From Pseudomonadota bacterium (GTDB lineage: Bacteria; Pseudomonadota; Gammaproteobacteria; Ga0077536), in assembly GCA_018668255.1 (NCBI GenBank), contig JABISZ010000073.1, forward strand, positions 35,185 through 99,184: DNA of 64,000 nt, read 5' to 3'. The notes below the pieces were generated by a model. That model was not told the DNA's origin, searched no databases, and saw only the letters and a list, made by a program, of their open reading frames with translations. The position numbers were made by a program, and so were the translations under genes. Shown here one piece after another: positions 1 to 12,106 of this stretch (positions within the stretch are counted from its first letter, which is position 1; every line of letters begins with the position of its first letter).

Positions 1-520
1 GAGTAGTTAACAGGACTACTCGGAGTTTGCCAGACACTAACATCATCACGGGCCGCTGTGAGCCTAGTCTGTCTGCCAGATATTGGGTATGACCAGAAAA
101 TCGAACCCCAGCCTGGTTAATGATTTCTTTACTGATGGGACCAGTCGTTATCGCGTCTAGCTTACAGAAGCTGCAGGCATCAATTGCTTGATCGAGGCAG
201 TCTAAGACATAACTAGAATTGTCGGGATTAGGCTCGCCAGGAACTACTTTTGCTTTTGACTGGACAGGAACGATCTGCATGGTACCGGGTTTATGCGGTT
301 GCGCAGACTCTACTCCTTCAAGCTCGACGATATTGAGATTGATATGAAGCAATTTAGCACGGTCCGCAATTATTTGAGGATCTGCATAAACAAGAGTTTT
401 TTCAGTTCTTTCAAGCTGGCTAATTGCTATCGCAATATCGGGACCTATGCCGCTTGGCTCACCTGGAGATAGCGCAATCTTCAGGTTTTGTCTTGGATCA
501 GTTGTTACGATGTTCGACAT
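1..520 (-). CDS. pdxA: 4-hydroxythreonine-4-phosphate dehydrogenase PdxA, N-terminal ~173 aa (gene runs off window start)
   Basis: Manual minus-strand translation from the ATG at 518-520 gives MSNIVTTDPRQNLKIALSPGEPSGIGPDIAIAISQ...PVMMLVSGKLRV, a PdxA N-terminus with the GEPxGIGPD motif. It is absent from the ORF track because it is truncated. It overlaps the surA stop by 23 bp, as in surA-pdxA operons. Confidence 0.8.
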   Translation of the reverse strand, partial: MSNIVTTDPRQNLKIALSPGEPSGIGPDIAIAISQLERTEKTLVYADPQIIADRAKLLHINLNIVELEGVESAQPHKPGTMQIVPVQSKAKVVPGEPNPDNSSYVLDCLDQAIDACSFCKLDAITTGPISKEIINQAGVRFSGHTQYLADRLGSQRPVMMLVSGKLRVVLLTT

Positions 521-1880
521 AGGCTTCATCTCGGAGCCGCCTGAGCCAATATTGTCGTCGCTCATCTAGTTTTTGCTGCCGAATCGCTCTCCGCCCTCTA
601 TCCCTTCGAATTGCCTCCGTACCATCAAAGTTTCTTGTTTCTGTAACTTGGAGAATGTGGAAGCCAAATTCTGATTCAAATGGTGGACTCACCATTCCGA
701 CGTCGATTGCGGTCATAATCTCTTCAAATTCAGGGACCATTTCTCCTTCACTTACCCAACCTAAATCACCCCCTTGCAGAGCCGAAGTCCTATCATCAGA
801 GTTTGTTCTGGCAATCTGCGCAAAATTGTCATCTCCCTCTAAGTCAAAACGTTTTTTTAAATTACTTATTCTATTAGCAACTTGTGCCATAGGCAGCAAT
901 TCATTGGGAGAAATAAGTATATGCCGAGTTTTATATTGCGGGATCATGAATTCTTCCAGATTACGTTTATCCGTAAGTTGAATGATATGAAATCCACTGG
1001 CATTAGTTATTATGCCGCTATTCTCGCCGACTTTTAATGCACTGATAGAGTCAGCGAAAAGCCCGGGCACTTGGCTTCCTTTTCTCCACCCGAGATCTCC
1101 TCCTTCCAGCGCTTGTTGTCCGTCAGAAACACTTATCGCAACTTCACCAAAGTCCTCGCCAGTCTCTATCAAACCTAGCGCTTCCTCTGTTTTTTCCCGA
1201 GCTTTTTGGATTTGTTTGTTGTCGGCTTCAGAGGGTACAGATATCAAAATATGTGAGATACGATATTCTTGAAGTTCCGCAGTATTCGACTCGTTACGGA
1301 GGTAGTTATCTATTTCGGTTTCTCGCACACGAACTTTATTATCTACTTCAGTTTTCCTGAGCTTTGATATAATGATTTCTTGACGTATTTGTTCTGCGAA
1401 TACATCAAACTCATAGTTTTCAGAGGCTAGCACTTCTTTGAACTGCTCTAGGTTGAGATTGTTTTGTTTGGCCATATCCATTATGGCCAGTTTTAAAACA
1501 TCGTCTCCGACCTCAATTTTTATTTGCTCGGCATATTGGAGCTGGATTTTTTCTAGGACTAATCTCTCCATAACTTGTCGCTCTAGGACGGCATTTGGAG
1601 GCATTCGAGTCGCCTGTTGCTGCATTTGAAATTTGACGCGATCAGTTTGCTCGTCTAGCTCGCTTTGCATCACAACATCCTGCTCTACTATAGCGACTAT
1701 TCGGTCAAGTTCTTCAGCGCAGATGCTGAAACTAGTCCATGGGAGGGCAACAAGAGCAAGAACCGCAAATAAAGATGAAAGCCCTGTGGGTTTCTTTTTA
1801 GTTGCTATAAGAGAAGAAATTAGTTTTGGCAACACAAACATACGGCTACTTTTTTTTGTCGATGAATAATTATACCGCAA
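498..1880 (-). CDS. surA: Periplasmic chaperone / peptidyl-prolyl isomerase SurA (two parvulin domains)
   Basis: 460-aa ORF with an N-terminal signal-like segment and two parvulin PPIase cores (GFHIIQL.., GFHILQV..). It sits in the conserved lptD-surA-pdxA order. The true start is probably the internal Met (MFVLPKLISS..., about 1841) that gives a signal peptide. Confidence 0.9.
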   Translation of the reverse strand: MRYNYSSTKKSSRMFVLPKLISSLIATKKKPTGLSSLFAVLALVALPWTSFSICAEELDRIVAIVEQDVVMQSELDEQTDRVKFQMQQQATRMPPNAVLERQVMERLVLEKIQLQYAEQIKIEVGDDVLKLAIMDMAKQNNLNLEQFKEVLASENYEFDVFAEQIRQEIIISKLRKTEVDNKVRVRETEIDNYLRNESNTAELQEYRISHILISVPSEADNKQIQKAREKTEEALGLIETGEDFGEVAISVSDGQQALEGGDLGWRKGSQVPGLFADSISALKVGENSGIITNASGFHIIQLTDKRNLEEFMIPQYKTRHILISPNELLPMAQVANRISNLKKRFDLEGDDNFAQIARTNSDDRTSALQGGDLGWVSEGEMVPEFEEIMTAIDVGMVSPPFESEFGFHILQVTETRNFDGTEAIRRDRGRRAIRQQKLDERRQYWLRRLRDEAYVEHRNN

Positions 1881-1934
1881 AACTATCAGTGTAAGGCAGT
1901 CGTTTTCTATCTTTTTCTTGGTAGGGTGAGGATT

Positions 1935-4316
1935 TTAATTAAATGGACTTCTAGATTCAGGAAGGTGTCTAGATATGATAGGGTCACGCCCTTTCCCGAG
2001 TCCCATCAGCCCTCTTAGTCTCAATTGGACAAACACACCAGTAATGAATTCAGGTTCAGAACTTATGTTGGTCCCATTCAAATATCTCTGTCCGACAATG
2101 CTGACACTCCAGCAACAACTGTCATACTCCACGCCGCCAAATGCCTCAAGAGTCGTCTTGTCGTGTATTGTATAGCTCCACATTCCAATCAGCGACATAT
2201 TCTTAAATGTAGGAACAGGTAATCGAAATGAAGTGTCCACCTGTTCTATATTCTGGCTCGAGCTATTAGGTGCCCTAGTGAATCGGTATGCGGCTTTTAA
2301 GATGGTGTTTTGATCTGGTTGGTAATTGAAAGAGATCGCTTTTCTTTCAGTTTTTTGGGATTCTGGCTCCCACACCAGAGAACCTGTTATTTTCGTTGTA
2401 GAAGACAGGTTTAGTTCTCCCTCAGCGAATAGGTTTGAGAGCGTATTGTTAGAGTATGTCTGCCCAGGGAGGGTGATTTCTCGTCTATCGAGGTGGAATA
2501 CTTGTCCAATGCTAATAGACATGATTTGTCGTCCAGTGTCCTTGTGGGATAGCCGCGATGATACTCCAAAGGTCACGCGGTTTGCATCGCCAACTCTGTC
2601 GCCACCAAACTGAGTATAACCTCCCGAAAACCGATGAGGCAGGTACATGGTATGAGTGTTTATATCCATTGCTCCCGTATCAAAAATAGGGAGGTTGTCT
2701 TGGTTCACTTTAGGGACATATAGATAGTAGACTCTTGGCTCTAGAGTTTGAAAGAGATTCTTTCCCCAGAGCGAGAAATTACGCTCCGCAAAGAGAGTCG
2801 CATCGATGCTTATAATAGGGACTGTTCGAGACTCGTCGTCATAGATATCATTGGGATCATCGTTAAAATACTCTGTGTGCGCGACCACAATTTTAGGAAT
2901 GATCTGCAGGTACGGTTTTCGGTAACTGTAAGCTAGAGATGGGGCTGCTGTGGCGCGAATACTGCTAAGGCTCTGAGATTTGTAGAAATAGCTAGCATCC
3001 GATTTAATTGCAGCTTCAAATCCATTGTCTGTTTTGAAAATATGTCCTAACTCGAGCCGCGGTAGTATTTTATAAGGTCTAGCCGCTGCGGGTAGATCAT
3101 CTACTAACGTCTGATAGTCTTGTGTCACAGCATAGAATCGGGTGCCTTCCTTTTCATAAGCGAACTCTAATTTTCGCTCCAGGAACGACTGTGATGAAGC
3201 CCCCATAGTGTTGCCAAAATCTTTGAAATACTCATTGTCAGATACGTTGTTAAACAAAAGGTTTAAGCGGCCTCGATTATCAAAAAACAATTGGTGGTGT
3301 TCAACCGAGAGATATGACCTGTCTTGATTGCCTCGGACATCGTCGCCAGACAAATACTCTCCATTTATAGTTCCAGAATAGGTAGGATTGAGATATCGAT
3401 ATTCTCCGTCAAGCATAATGCCACGATCTTGTATTATACGAGGAGAAATAGTGGCGTCTTGATTGGGAGCTATATTCCAGTAATAAGGCAGTTGTGTGTC
3501 GAACCCAGATTCGTTGCTGGTACCGAATACGGGCGCCAAAAATCCCGATTTTCTTTGCTTGGTAGTAGGAAAATTAACATAAGGCATATAAAAGACGGGT
3601 ACATCCATAAATCTTACTATAGCGTTACTTGCGGACGCACGCTCATTACTATGGTCTACCCTGAGCGCGCTTGCATGTAGTCGCCAAGCTTCAGAAGTCA
3701 CAGGGCAAGTGGTATACTCGACGTTCTTAAACACGCTGATGTCTTCTGCTGAGTTATGTACGATTTTAGAAGCAGTTCCCCTCCCTGGGCCTTCACCAAG
3801 CCAATATTTTCCGTCCGAGAGTAAAGCTGTTTCGTTTTGTGAGTCGAATTTGATAGCGTCTCCAGTCCAAACCATACCTTTGTCCCAGAGATGCGCGCGT
3901 CCCTCAGCGTTATAGATACCAGTATCCTTATCATAAGTGACTACTTCAGCTCTGATTGATTGAGAATTTTTGATTACCTCGACATTTCCTTGAAATTGAC
4001 TTGGGCCATCCTGCACAACCCTCGAGCTCTGCGCTCTGATTTCCGTGCTTCCAAATTCAATACTATCGGGATCGCTGTATAAGGGACGTTCAGGCTTAAA
4101 TTGTCCACTTGGGCAGAATTGCCAAGTCTTCTCTCCAAGTTCGTTCGCCGGTGAGCTTTGTGAATAGTAAATACAGATACAAATAACAGAGTAGATGATC
4201 TGTTTAACTGACAAGCCATGTCGTGTTTTCAATAGTGAGTTAACTGTTGTGTCCTCAATTAATCCAAGCCGGCGGGTAGGGTATGTAAAAGTGTCATAGA
4301 TTGACCAGCCATTCAA
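1935..4316 (-). CDS. lptD: LPS-assembly outer membrane protein LptD (OstA/Imp)
   Basis: 793-aa ORF with LptD-typical segments (GFLAPVFGTSNESGF..LPYYWNIAPNQDATISP; C-terminal EYDSCCWSVSIVGQRYLNG with the conserved Cys pair). It lies upstream of surA. The annotated N-terminus has no signal peptide. An in-frame TTG at 4212-4214 would give MSVKQIIYSVICICIYYSQSSPA, a plausible signal peptide. Confidence 0.9.
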   Translation of the reverse strand: MNGWSIYDTFTYPTRRLGLIEDTTVNSLLKTRHGLSVKQIIYSVICICIYYSQSSPANELGEKTWQFCPSGQFKPERPLYSDPDSIEFGSTEIRAQSSRVVQDGPSQFQGNVEVIKNSQSIRAEVVTYDKDTGIYNAEGRAHLWDKGMVWTGDAIKFDSQNETALLSDGKYWLGEGPGRGTASKIVHNSAEDISVFKNVEYTTCPVTSEAWRLHASALRVDHSNERASASNAIVRFMDVPVFYMPYVNFPTTKQRKSGFLAPVFGTSNESGFDTQLPYYWNIAPNQDATISPRIIQDRGIMLDGEYRYLNPTYSGTINGEYLSGDDVRGNQDRSYLSVEHHQLFFDNRGRLNLLFNNVSDNEYFKDFGNTMGASSQSFLERKLEFAYEKEGTRFYAVTQDYQTLVDDLPAAARPYKILPRLELGHIFKTDNGFEAAIKSDASYFYKSQSLSSIRATAAPSLAYSYRKPYLQIIPKIVVAHTEYFNDDPNDIYDDESRTVPIISIDATLFAERNFSLWGKNLFQTLEPRVYYLYVPKVNQDNLPIFDTGAMDINTHTMYLPHRFSGGYTQFGGDRVGDANRVTFGVSSRLSHKDTGRQIMSISIGQVFHLDRREITLPGQTYSNNTLSNLFAEGELNLSSTTKITGSLVWEPESQKTERKAISFNYQPDQNTILKAAYRFTRAPNSSSQNIEQVDTSFRLPVPTFKNMSLIGMWSYTIHDKTTLEAFGGVEYDSCCWSVSIVGQRYLNGTNISSEPEFITGVFVQLRLRGLMGLGKGRDPIISRHLPESRSPFN

Positions 4317-4372
4317 TAGGCCGTTATTGGTTTATTCATGTTGCACAATTATATTAAGCCGCTTTGAGTTTT

Positions 4373-4975
4373 TTAATAGTCGGAGTTGCGGTGCTTAATG
4401 AGTTTTTCTACTTTATCAAGTTTTAGCTGGGCATTGCTTTCAGCTAGAATTGCTAATTTGTCTTGGTTGGTGGGTTCCAAAAACTCAGCAAGGCGATAAG
4501 CAACCCAGCTGGCCTCTCCAAGTATTGGTGGTGCTAGTGTGTCGGGTTCTCGATGATTCATTAAAATCTTTTTTAGTAAGCTTACTGGCTTTGAACGTGA
4601 ATCTAATATCTTTTCATTATGAGTCAGATGAGGCTGGGTTCGACCTACTGTTAGTCCATTACTTTCAAGGCTATAACTATTTACTTGGAAGGGCTCGGTG
4701 CCTTGAACTGTGATGTGGAGCAAGCCGTCAGGCCCTTGATCAAACGATACTATTTTTGCGAGCGTCCCTATTTCTTCGATATCTAGATTAATAGTGTTTT
4801 CTGAACTTGCTTTAATTAGGACGACTCCAAACTCTTGTTGCTTCTTCAGGCAATCCTTAATCATGTCTAGATATCGTATTTCAAAAATCTTTAGCTCTAA
4901 CAACCCTTTTGGAAATAAAACGACGTTCAGCGGAAATAAAGGGATCGTGTCTGGGTATTGTATAGGCGTCTTCAT
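4373..4975 (-). CDS. Lon protease N-terminal (substrate-binding) domain-only protein
   Basis: 200 aa beginning PLFPLNVVLFPKGLLELKIFEIRYLDMI, the LON N-domain signature. There is no ATPase or protease domain. Confidence 0.7.
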   Translation of the reverse strand: MKTPIQYPDTIPLFPLNVVLFPKGLLELKIFEIRYLDMIKDCLKKQQEFGVVLIKASSENTINLDIEEIGTLAKIVSFDQGPDGLLHITVQGTEPFQVNSYSLESNGLTVGRTQPHLTHNEKILDSRSKPVSLLKKILMNHREPDTLAPPILGEASWVAYRLAEFLEPTNQDKLAILAESNAQLKLDKVEKLIKHRNSDY

Positions 4976-6330
4976 GGGGTTTTTATCTTTTGCGCTAATG
5001 TGGTCGGAATCATCGCAGCCGAGCTGTTACTCATCGACAAGACAGTGTCGCCATGCCTTATTCTTTTTAGAACACCTTGAATCAACTCACTGGGAGAGTG
5101 GTGGAACTCAAGCATACGCGCGTCTGCGAGCAGCCCTTGGACATCCCATTGGCAATCTTCCGGAAGTAGGATAAAAACTTCGTCGGCATTCTCGAGAGCA
5201 TTGGCAAGTTGGTTCTTGTTGGCACCCATTATTAGGCTATTCGACCGAAATTCGACAATGGCGAGTAATCTACGTTCATCAGATAGACTTTTTACGGCGT
5301 TGATAGCGGCTTTGATGGCGGTAGGGTGATGGGCGAAGTCATCAAAAATATACACTCCGCCATACTCGCCGCAAAACTCTAATCGTCGGCGGACATTTTT
5401 GAATTTCACCATTGCGGAGAGTCCGCTTTCTATGTTTTCTGCCAACGAATCTACGGCACACATCGCCGCGACCATATTTTCTGTATTATGCTTACCAAAT
5501 ATCGAGCATTCAGTTTTTAATTCCTTTCCATCCGGACCTATGACGGTGATTTCTTTGCCTGCGTCGTTTTCTTTACTTGTCTTCCATTCACAATCGCCGT
5601 CATTCCCAAAAGTCCGTACTTCGGACCAGCAGCCCATTTTTACCGTGTCTTTTACTGTTTGGGCATGCTCAGAGTGAATTATGGTCGCTTCCGCAGGCAT
5701 GGTTCGTATTAAGTGATGAAATTGCTTTTTTATGGCTTCTAGATCTTTAAAAATATCCGCATGATCAAATTCTAAATTATTAATAACTAAAGTTCTTGGT
5801 CGGTAGTGGATAAATTTCGAGCGCTTGTCGAAAAATGCGGTGTCATACTCGTCAGCCTCGATCACGAAGTATTTGGATTCTCCCAGTCTTGCAGAGACCT
5901 TAAAATTCCCCGGGACACCTCCGATGAGGAAGCCAGGAGAGAGGCCAGAATTCTCGAGAATCCAGGCAATCATGCTCGTCACCGTGGTTTTTCCATGTGT
6001 CCCAGACACCGCAATTACATGGCGTCCCGATAGCACTTCTTTTTTGAGCCACTCGGGGCCTGACATGTAAGGTATATCATTGGTTAACACAAACTCCACG
6101 CATTCATTGCCGCGGGTAAGTGCGTTACCGATCAAAACCAAATCAGGCTTCTCACAGAAGTTATTGGCCGAGTAAGAATCAAAGACTTTTATATCCATTC
6201 CGGCAAGTATATCGCTCATGGGCGGGTAAATGGACAGGTCTGCGCCCGAGACAACATGCCCTTTTTCCCTCGCAAGAGAGGCTAACCCTGCCATGAATGT
6301 TCCGGCAATCCCTAGGATATGAATATGCAT
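4972..6330 (-). CDS. mpl: UDP-N-acetylmuramate:L-alanyl-gamma-D-glutamyl-meso-DAP ligase (murein peptide ligase)
   Basis: 452 aa. The N-terminus MHIHILGIAGTFMAGLA..GHVVSGAD and GTHGKTT P-loop mark a Mur-ligase fold of the Mpl type. It overlaps the upstream gene by 4 bp. Confidence 0.85.
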   Translation of the reverse strand: MHIHILGIAGTFMAGLASLAREKGHVVSGADLSIYPPMSDILAGMDIKVFDSYSANNFCEKPDLVLIGNALTRGNECVEFVLTNDIPYMSGPEWLKKEVLSGRHVIAVSGTHGKTTVTSMIAWILENSGLSPGFLIGGVPGNFKVSARLGESKYFVIEADEYDTAFFDKRSKFIHYRPRTLVINNLEFDHADIFKDLEAIKKQFHHLIRTMPAEATIIHSEHAQTVKDTVKMGCWSEVRTFGNDGDCEWKTSKENDAGKEITVIGPDGKELKTECSIFGKHNTENMVAAMCAVDSLAENIESGLSAMVKFKNVRRRLEFCGEYGGVYIFDDFAHHPTAIKAAINAVKSLSDERRLLAIVEFRSNSLIMGANKNQLANALENADEVFILLPEDCQWDVQGLLADARMLEFHHSPSELIQGVLKRIRHGDTVLSMSNSSAAMIPTTLAQKIKTP

Positions 6331-6420
6331 AATAGATCTGTCGTTATATTGTCAGCCTCAGGCCGGAGCATCAATAGTTACCAGCGCAATTCTATTCATG
6401 AAAAGTGATATTTTATGCGA

Positions 6421-7644
6421 TTAAGAGTAATGGGACACCACATACTGTTCTAGTAGTTGCTTAAACTCATTAGCAATGTTTTCTCCTCGAAGAGTTACAT
6501 GCTTCTCACCATCTACAAACACTGGAGCCGCTAACCCTTCTCCCGTCCCGGGAAGGCTTATCCCTATGTTAGCGTGCTTGCTTTCTCCGGGACCGTTCAC
6601 TACGCATCCCATTACCGCGAGACTCATATCTTCTACCCCAGGATGAATGTCTTTCCATTTCGGCATTTGGGTTCTGACATACGCTTGTATATCTTGAGCT
6701 AGCTCTTGGAATACCGTACTGGTGGTTCTGCCGCATCCGGGGCAAGCGATTACCAAGGGCGTAAAAGATCGTAGACCCATGACTTGTAAAAGTTCTTGTG
6801 CGACTACGACCTCTTGTGTTCGATCCCCGTCAGGCTCGGGTGTTAAGGATATCCGGACGGTGTCTCCAATCCCTTCTTGCATGAGTATGCTCATGGCTGC
6901 AGAGGACGCGACAATTCCTTTTGACCCCATCCCTGCTTCAGTGAGCCCTAGATGCAAAGGGTAGCTGCACTGTTTTCCAAGTCTTCTATATACATTGATA
7001 AGATCTTGTACATCACTACATTTACAAGAAAGGATAATTTTCGACTTCTCAAGTCCAATTTCTTCAGCCTGACGAGCGCTGTTAAGCGCTGAGAAAATAA
7101 GAGCGTCATAGGCGACTTCTTTCGCTGATTTTGGCACCTTTAGTTCATTATTTTTATCCATCATTTTCGCAACTAGAGAGGGATCTAGGCTGCCATAATT
7201 CACGCCGATCCGAACTGGCTTATTTTGCGCGATGGCAACCTCGATTATGGTTGCAAATTGGTCATCTCGTTTCCTACCAAACCCAACATTGCCGGGGTTT
7301 ATCCTATATTTGGCGAGTGCTTCCGCACACTCTGGATATTTAGTAAGTAGAATATGTCCGTTGTAGTGAAAATCACCAACAAGTGGGACCGCACAGCCCG
7401 TAGAGTCGAGTAGCTCGCGAATTTTACTCACCTTCTGCGCAGCTTCTTCGGTGTCGACCGTTATTCGGACAAGCTCTGACCCAGCGGCTGCCAAAGCTTT
7501 AACCTGTTTGACAGTGCTAATTGCGTCCGATGTGTCTGTATTAGTCATTGATTGAACGACAATCGGCGCGCCACCACCTACTGGTACACCACCTACCAGG
7601 GTTTGTAAGGACCGCCTGCGTTCATATAAATTAGGATTACTCAA
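6421..7644 (-). CDS. ispG: 4-hydroxy-3-methylbut-2-en-1-yl diphosphate synthase IspG/GcpE (MEP pathway)
   Basis: 407 aa with [30 protein letters not shown] near the N-terminus and the C-terminal CPGCGRT 4Fe-4S cluster motif. Confidence 0.95.
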   Translation of the reverse strand: MSNPNLYERRRSLQTLVGGVPVGGGAPIVVQSMTNTDTSDAISTVKQVKALAAAGSELVRITVDTEEAAQKVSKIRELLDSTGCAVPLVGDFHYNGHILLTKYPECAEALAKYRINPGNVGFGRKRDDQFATIIEVAIAQNKPVRIGVNYGSLDPSLVAKMMDKNNELKVPKSAKEVAYDALIFSALNSARQAEEIGLEKSKIILSCKCSDVQDLINVYRRLGKQCSYPLHLGLTEAGMGSKGIVASSAAMSILMQEGIGDTVRISLTPEPDGDRTQEVVVAQELLQVMGLRSFTPLVIACPGCGRTTSTVFQELAQDIQAYVRTQMPKWKDIHPGVEDMSLAVMGCVVNGPGESKHANIGISLPGTGEGLAAPVFVDGEKHVTLRGENIANEFKQLLEQYVVSHYS

Positions 7645-7851
7645 TTTTTTTCTCGTAGATTTTTAAGGCTTTCAAGGACATGAGTATATTATACACTAGC
7701 CGACACGCTTGGAGCCTATTGGTTTAAGGAGCGCCTTCTAAATACGCTTATGTTCAGGGTTCAGAGATAGGGTACTATCTTGACTTGCTGCTTTACAACA
7801 GCTTGCCACATTCATTAGATCAACAGGTTTTGAAAAGTCGAGGACAGAAGT

Positions 7852-8247
7852 ATGAAAAAAGTAAGCAAGACAAACGATGAGTGGCGAGTAGCGCTTACCC
7901 CGGCTGCCTATACTGTGTGCAGGGAGCATGGTACCGAGCCACCATTTTCCGGAGAGTATGACGGATGCAAAAAGAAAGGAGTATATGAGTGTGTTTGTTG
8001 TCAGGCTAGTTTGTTTCGCTCTGAAGACAAGTATGATTCTGGTTCAGGTTGGCCTAGTTTTTGGCAAGCGCTCGATGACATGAGTGTCGTGCTTAAGGAA
8101 GACCATAGTCTTGGCATGATGCGTATCGAAGTCATATGTGCGGTTTGTGATTCTCATTTAGGCCATGTTTTTCCGGATGGGCCTAAGCCGACAGGCTCGC
8201 GTTACTGCATTAATTCTGTGGCGTTACTTCTCAAAGAGGCAGAGTAG
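7852..8247 (+). CDS. msrB: Peptide methionine-(R)-sulfoxide reductase MsrB
   Basis: 131 aa with two CxxC zinc pairs, GWPSF and the catalytic RYCINS motif. Confidence 0.95.
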   Translation: MKKVSKTNDEWRVALTPAAYTVCREHGTEPPFSGEYDGCKKKGVYECVCCQASLFRSEDKYDSGSGWPSFWQALDDMSVVLKEDHSLGMMRIEVICAVCDSHLGHVFPDGPKPTGSRYCINSVALLLKEAE

Positions 8248-8286
8248 AGTTATCACTAGATTTCAGGACTTAGTGCGAAGAATATA

Positions 8287-8853
8287 TTAAGTCTTCGGCA
8301 AGGTGACTCCTATTTGCCCTTGATATTTACCCTGTCTATCCGCGTAGGATGTTTCACAAGGATCGTCTGATTGGAGAAAGATAAGCTGAGCTACTCCTTC
8401 GTTGGCATAAATTTTTGCAGGTAAAGAGGTGGTGTTTGAAAATTCTAGAGTGATATGACCCTCCCACTCAGGTTCCAATGGAGTGACATTTACAATTATG
8501 CCACATCTTGCATAGGTGGATTTACCCAAACATATAGTTAGAATATCTCGTGGGATTTTGAAATATTCGATTGTGCGAGCTAAAGCAAAAGAGTTTGGAG
8601 GAATGACGCAAACGTCTTTTTGAACATCGACAAAGTTACCTGAGTCGAAATTCTTGGGGTCGACAGTCGTTGAGTTCAGGTTGGTAAATACTTTGAATTC
8701 ATTAGCACACCTGACATCGTACCCATAGCTTGATGTTCCAAAAGAAATAATTCGCTCTCCTTCAAGTGTTTTAACTTGATAGGGTGCGAAAGGGTTAATA
8801 AGGTCATGGCTTTGTGCCATGTTTCTTATCCATTTGTCTGACTTTATTGGCAA
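8287..8853 (-). CDS. dcd: dCTP deaminase
   Basis: 188 aa beginning [10 protein letters not shown], the typical Dcd N-terminus and length. Confidence 0.9.
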   Translation of the reverse strand: MPIKSDKWIRNMAQSHDLINPFAPYQVKTLEGERIISFGTSSYGYDVRCANEFKVFTNLNSTTVDPKNFDSGNFVDVQKDVCVIPPNSFALARTIEYFKIPRDILTICLGKSTYARCGIIVNVTPLEPEWEGHITLEFSNTTSLPAKIYANEGVAQLIFLQSDDPCETSYADRQGKYQGQIGVTLPKT

Positions 8854-8873
8854 TTTATTGCGTCTCCATAGGT

Positions 8874-9959
8874 TTAAGTATTCTGGATCACTATTTTGGG
8901 GAACTTAGAAGAGAAGTCACGAGCCTTTAGTGCTAGCCGAGCAGCTATTTTTCTTGCTATCTCTCGGTAGCTTTTCGCTATTTCTGAATCAGGTTCAATC
9001 GCCGCAGTAGGCCTACCATTGTCGACTCCTTCGCGAATTTTAATATCTAGTGGAAGCGACCCCAGCATCTCTATTTCGTATTGTTTTGCCATTGACTCCC
9101 CCCCTCCCGAGCCAAAAATATGTTCTGAGTGCCCACATTCACTGCATATATGGACGCTCATGTTCTCGATAACTCCAAGGACCGGTACGTTAACCTTTTC
9201 GAACATCTTAAGTCCTTTTCTCGCGTCGAGTAATGCAATGTCTTGCGGAGTGGTGACGATTACCGCTCCGCTCACTGGGATTTTTTGACACAAGGTAAGC
9301 TGTATGTCTCCGGTGCCCGGTGGGAGATCTATTATCAAGTAATCTAGATCATGCCAGTTAGTATCGTTGATCAGCTGCTCTAAAGCCCCTGTTGCCATCG
9401 GTCCACGCCAAATCATAGGAGTGTCTTCTTCTACTAGATTGCCGATAGACATCGTCTGTAATTGGTAGCTAACTTTGGGCTCCATAGATTTTCCGTCCTT
9501 ACTGTCAGGGCGGCCTTGGGTACCAAGCATTCGAGTCTGACTGGGTCCGTATATGTCCGCATCCAGAACTCCTACTTTGCCACCTTCTTGTTGTAACGCT
9601 ATGGCTAAATTCGCAGCTGTTGTCGATTTCCCTACCCCACCTTTTCCGGAGGCAATAGCAATAACATTTTTAACTTGGCTGAGAGGTTTTGTGCCTTTTT
9701 GGACTTCTCTGGCAAGTATTTTTGAGGTAACTTGAAATTCAATGTTGCCAACATTTAGCCCAGAACATAGGGATTCTAGTCTTCGGACTAGGATTTCTCG
9801 GTAATTATCAACAGGGAATCCGAGTTGAATCTCTACTGTAGTCCCTTGATCGTGCGTATGGATGTTTTTAAGAGCTCCTGAACTTATCAGATCTTTGCCA
9901 AGATACGGATCTATTTGATTTTCAAGTAGCTCTTTGATTTCATTTTCTGTGGTGTTCAT
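8874..9959 (-). CDS. apbC: Fe-S cluster carrier ATPase ApbC/Mrp
   Basis: 361 aa with the deviant Walker [16 protein letters not shown] and a CxxC pair. It sits next to metG, divergently, as in many gammaproteobacteria. Confidence 0.9.
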   Translation of the reverse strand: MNTTENEIKELLENQIDPYLGKDLISSGALKNIHTHDQGTTVEIQLGFPVDNYREILVRRLESLCSGLNVGNIEFQVTSKILAREVQKGTKPLSQVKNVIAIASGKGGVGKSTTAANLAIALQQEGGKVGVLDADIYGPSQTRMLGTQGRPDSKDGKSMEPKVSYQLQTMSIGNLVEEDTPMIWRGPMATGALEQLINDTNWHDLDYLIIDLPPGTGDIQLTLCQKIPVSGAVIVTTPQDIALLDARKGLKMFEKVNVPVLGVIENMSVHICSECGHSEHIFGSGGGESMAKQYEIEMLGSLPLDIKIREGVDNGRPTAAIEPDSEIAKSYREIARKIAARLALKARDFSSKFPKIVIQNT

Positions 9960-10073
9960 TTCGGGATTCCGAGGACGAAAAAGATTTATTTTACACTAAT
10001 AGCTGTATTTGCGGTTGCTTACTATAATGTGTCATGTATTTTTATTAATAAATGGTTGTGATGTCGGACGATT

Positions 10074-12095
10074 ATGGAAGAACCCAAGAGAAAAATCTTA
10101 GTAACGAGTGCGCTACCATACGCAAACGGACCAATTCATATAGGTCATATGGTGGAGTACATCCAGACAGATGTATGGGTCCGATTTCAGAAAATGAGAG
10201 GTCACGAGTGTTATTTTGTTTGCGCAGATGATGCCCATGGAACTCCAATTATGCTTAAGGCTGAAGCTGAGCAGGTGTCACCAGAAGTGTTGGTTGAGCG
10301 AATTAGCCGAGAACATCAGCGAGACTTCAGTGCTTTTGGCATTGGGTTTGACAATTATCACTCAACGCATTCAGACGAAAACCGAAACATATCTGAGTTT
10401 ATATACGGACAGTTAAGGAAAGATGACTTGATTGTAGCCCGCACGATAGAGCAGGCGTACGATCCAGTTAAGAGAATGTTTCTTCCAGACCGATTCGTTC
10501 GAGGAACGTGCCCAAGGTGTGGTGCGGTCGATCAATACGGGGACAGCTGTGAGGCTTGCGGCGCAACATATTTGCCTACAGATTTAATTGACCCACTTTC
10601 TGTAGTGTCTGGCGTTACGCCAGAGTTGAAAAAATCGGAACATCTTTTCTTTACTCTTGCTAAATTCCAGAATGTCTTACGTGACTGGATAGCGAACACT
10701 GACTTGCATCCTGGTGTGGTAAAAAAACTGGAAGATTGGTTTGAAACAGGGCTGAAAGATTGGGATATTTCGCGAGATGCACCTTATTTTGGTTTTGAAA
10801 TACCTGACAATCCTGGAAAGTTCTTCTACGTATGGTTGGATGCTCCCGTCGGTTATCTTGCTAGTTTTAAAAATCTCTGTGAGTCTGAAAAAATAGATTT
10901 CGAATCATATCTTCGGCCTGAAAGTGATGCTGAGCTTTATCATTTTATTGGTAAAGATATCATGTATTTCCACACTCTTTTTTGGCCAGCGATGCTTAAA
11001 GGTGCTGGGTATCGGTTGCCTACGAATGTTTTTGTGCATGGGTTTCTCACTATAGATGGCAAGAAAATGTCTAAATCAAGAGGGAGTTTTATTAAGGCTG
11101 AAACTTACCTTTCTTTCCTTAGCCCAGATTATCTGCGGTATTACTTTTCTGCGAAATTATCGTCAGGGATTGAGGATATTGACCTGAATTGGGATGATTT
11201 TGAAGCTCGAGTTAATAGCGATCTTGTGGGTAAGTTCGTGAATATTGGAAGCCGTTGTGCAGGTTTCATAACGAAACGCTTCGATAGTAAGCTTGCTGAT
11301 GAGATTGCAAATACAGAATTAATGCGATCGTTTTCATCTGCATCTGCTGATATTGCTGGCTTTTATGAAGAGCGAGAATATGGGAGGGCGATACGGGAAA
11401 TTATGGGGCTTGCTGACCAGGCAAATCGCTATATTGATAATGAGAAGCCTTGGGTTCTAGCAAAACAAGAGGGCGCCGATAGACATCTCCATCTCGTTGT
11501 TACGATGGGGATTTTGCTATTTCGTATGTTAGCGATATATCTAAAGCCTGTTATTCCTGAACTCATTCTGGAAATTGAAAAATTTTTAGGCGAGCCTTCC
11601 TTATTCTGGTCTGATATTCATGCCGTTCCCCTAGGGAATACTATTAACAAATTTATCCCGCTAATTGAACGGGTAGAATCAGGGAAAATCGTGAAAATGA
11701 TAGACGAAGTAAAAAGAGATGTAGACAAAGAAAAGGCAATAGTCAAACAGGAGCCTGAGAAGCAAGGGCATCAAATTTCTATTGAGGACTTCTTGAAAAT
11801 CGACTTACGGGTGGCGAAGATAGTTACGGCTTCTAGTGTGATTGGTGCTGATAAGCTTTTGAAACTGGAGCTAGATGTTGGCGGTGAGCAGCGGCAAGTA
11901 TTTGCAGGGATAAAGCAAGCCTATGATCCAGAGGGATTAGTGGGGAAGATGGTGGTAGTTGTTGCTAATTTAGCGCCCCGAAAAATGCGGTTTGGCGTCT
12001 CTGAAGGGATGATATTAGCTGCCGGCCCAGGTGGTAGCGAAGTGTTTTTGCTGGAACCTTCCGACGGATCCGAGTCTGGTATGAAAATTAAATAA
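10074..12095 (+). CDS. metG: Methionyl-tRNA synthetase
   Basis: 673 aa with class I HIGH ([11 protein letters not shown]), KMSKS and zinc knuckles, plus the C-terminal tRNA-binding/EMAP domain. Confidence 0.97.
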   Translation: MEEPKRKILVTSALPYANGPIHIGHMVEYIQTDVWVRFQKMRGHECYFVCADDAHGTPIMLKAEAEQVSPEVLVERISREHQRDFSAFGIGFDNYHSTHSDENRNISEFIYGQLRKDDLIVARTIEQAYDPVKRMFLPDRFVRGTCPRCGAVDQYGDSCEACGATYLPTDLIDPLSVVSGVTPELKKSEHLFFTLAKFQNVLRDWIANTDLHPGVVKKLEDWFETGLKDWDISRDAPYFGFEIPDNPGKFFYVWLDAPVGYLASFKNLCESEKIDFESYLRPESDAELYHFIGKDIMYFHTLFWPAMLKGAGYRLPTNVFVHGFLTIDGKKMSKSRGSFIKAETYLSFLSPDYLRYYFSAKLSSGIEDIDLNWDDFEARVNSDLVGKFVNIGSRCAGFITKRFDSKLADEIANTELMRSFSSASADIAGFYEEREYGRAIREIMGLADQANRYIDNEKPWVLAKQEGADRHLHLVVTMGILLFRMLAIYLKPVIPELILEIEKFLGEPSLFWSDIHAVPLGNTINKFIPLIERVESGKIVKMIDEVKRDVDKEKAIVKQEPEKQGHQISIEDFLKIDLRVAKIVTASSVIGADKLLKLELDVGGEQRQVFAGIKQAYDPEGLVGKMVVVVANLAPRKMRFGVSEGMILAAGPGGSEVFLLEPSDGSESGMKIK

Positions 12096-12106
12096 TATAG
12101 CTACAC

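Noticed and set aside
655-1869. Four plus-strand ORFs (108, 86, 63, 78 aa) inside surA
   Set aside because: They are antisense to a well-supported surA reading frame and have low-complexity Ser/Cys/Leu composition typical of shadow ORFs.
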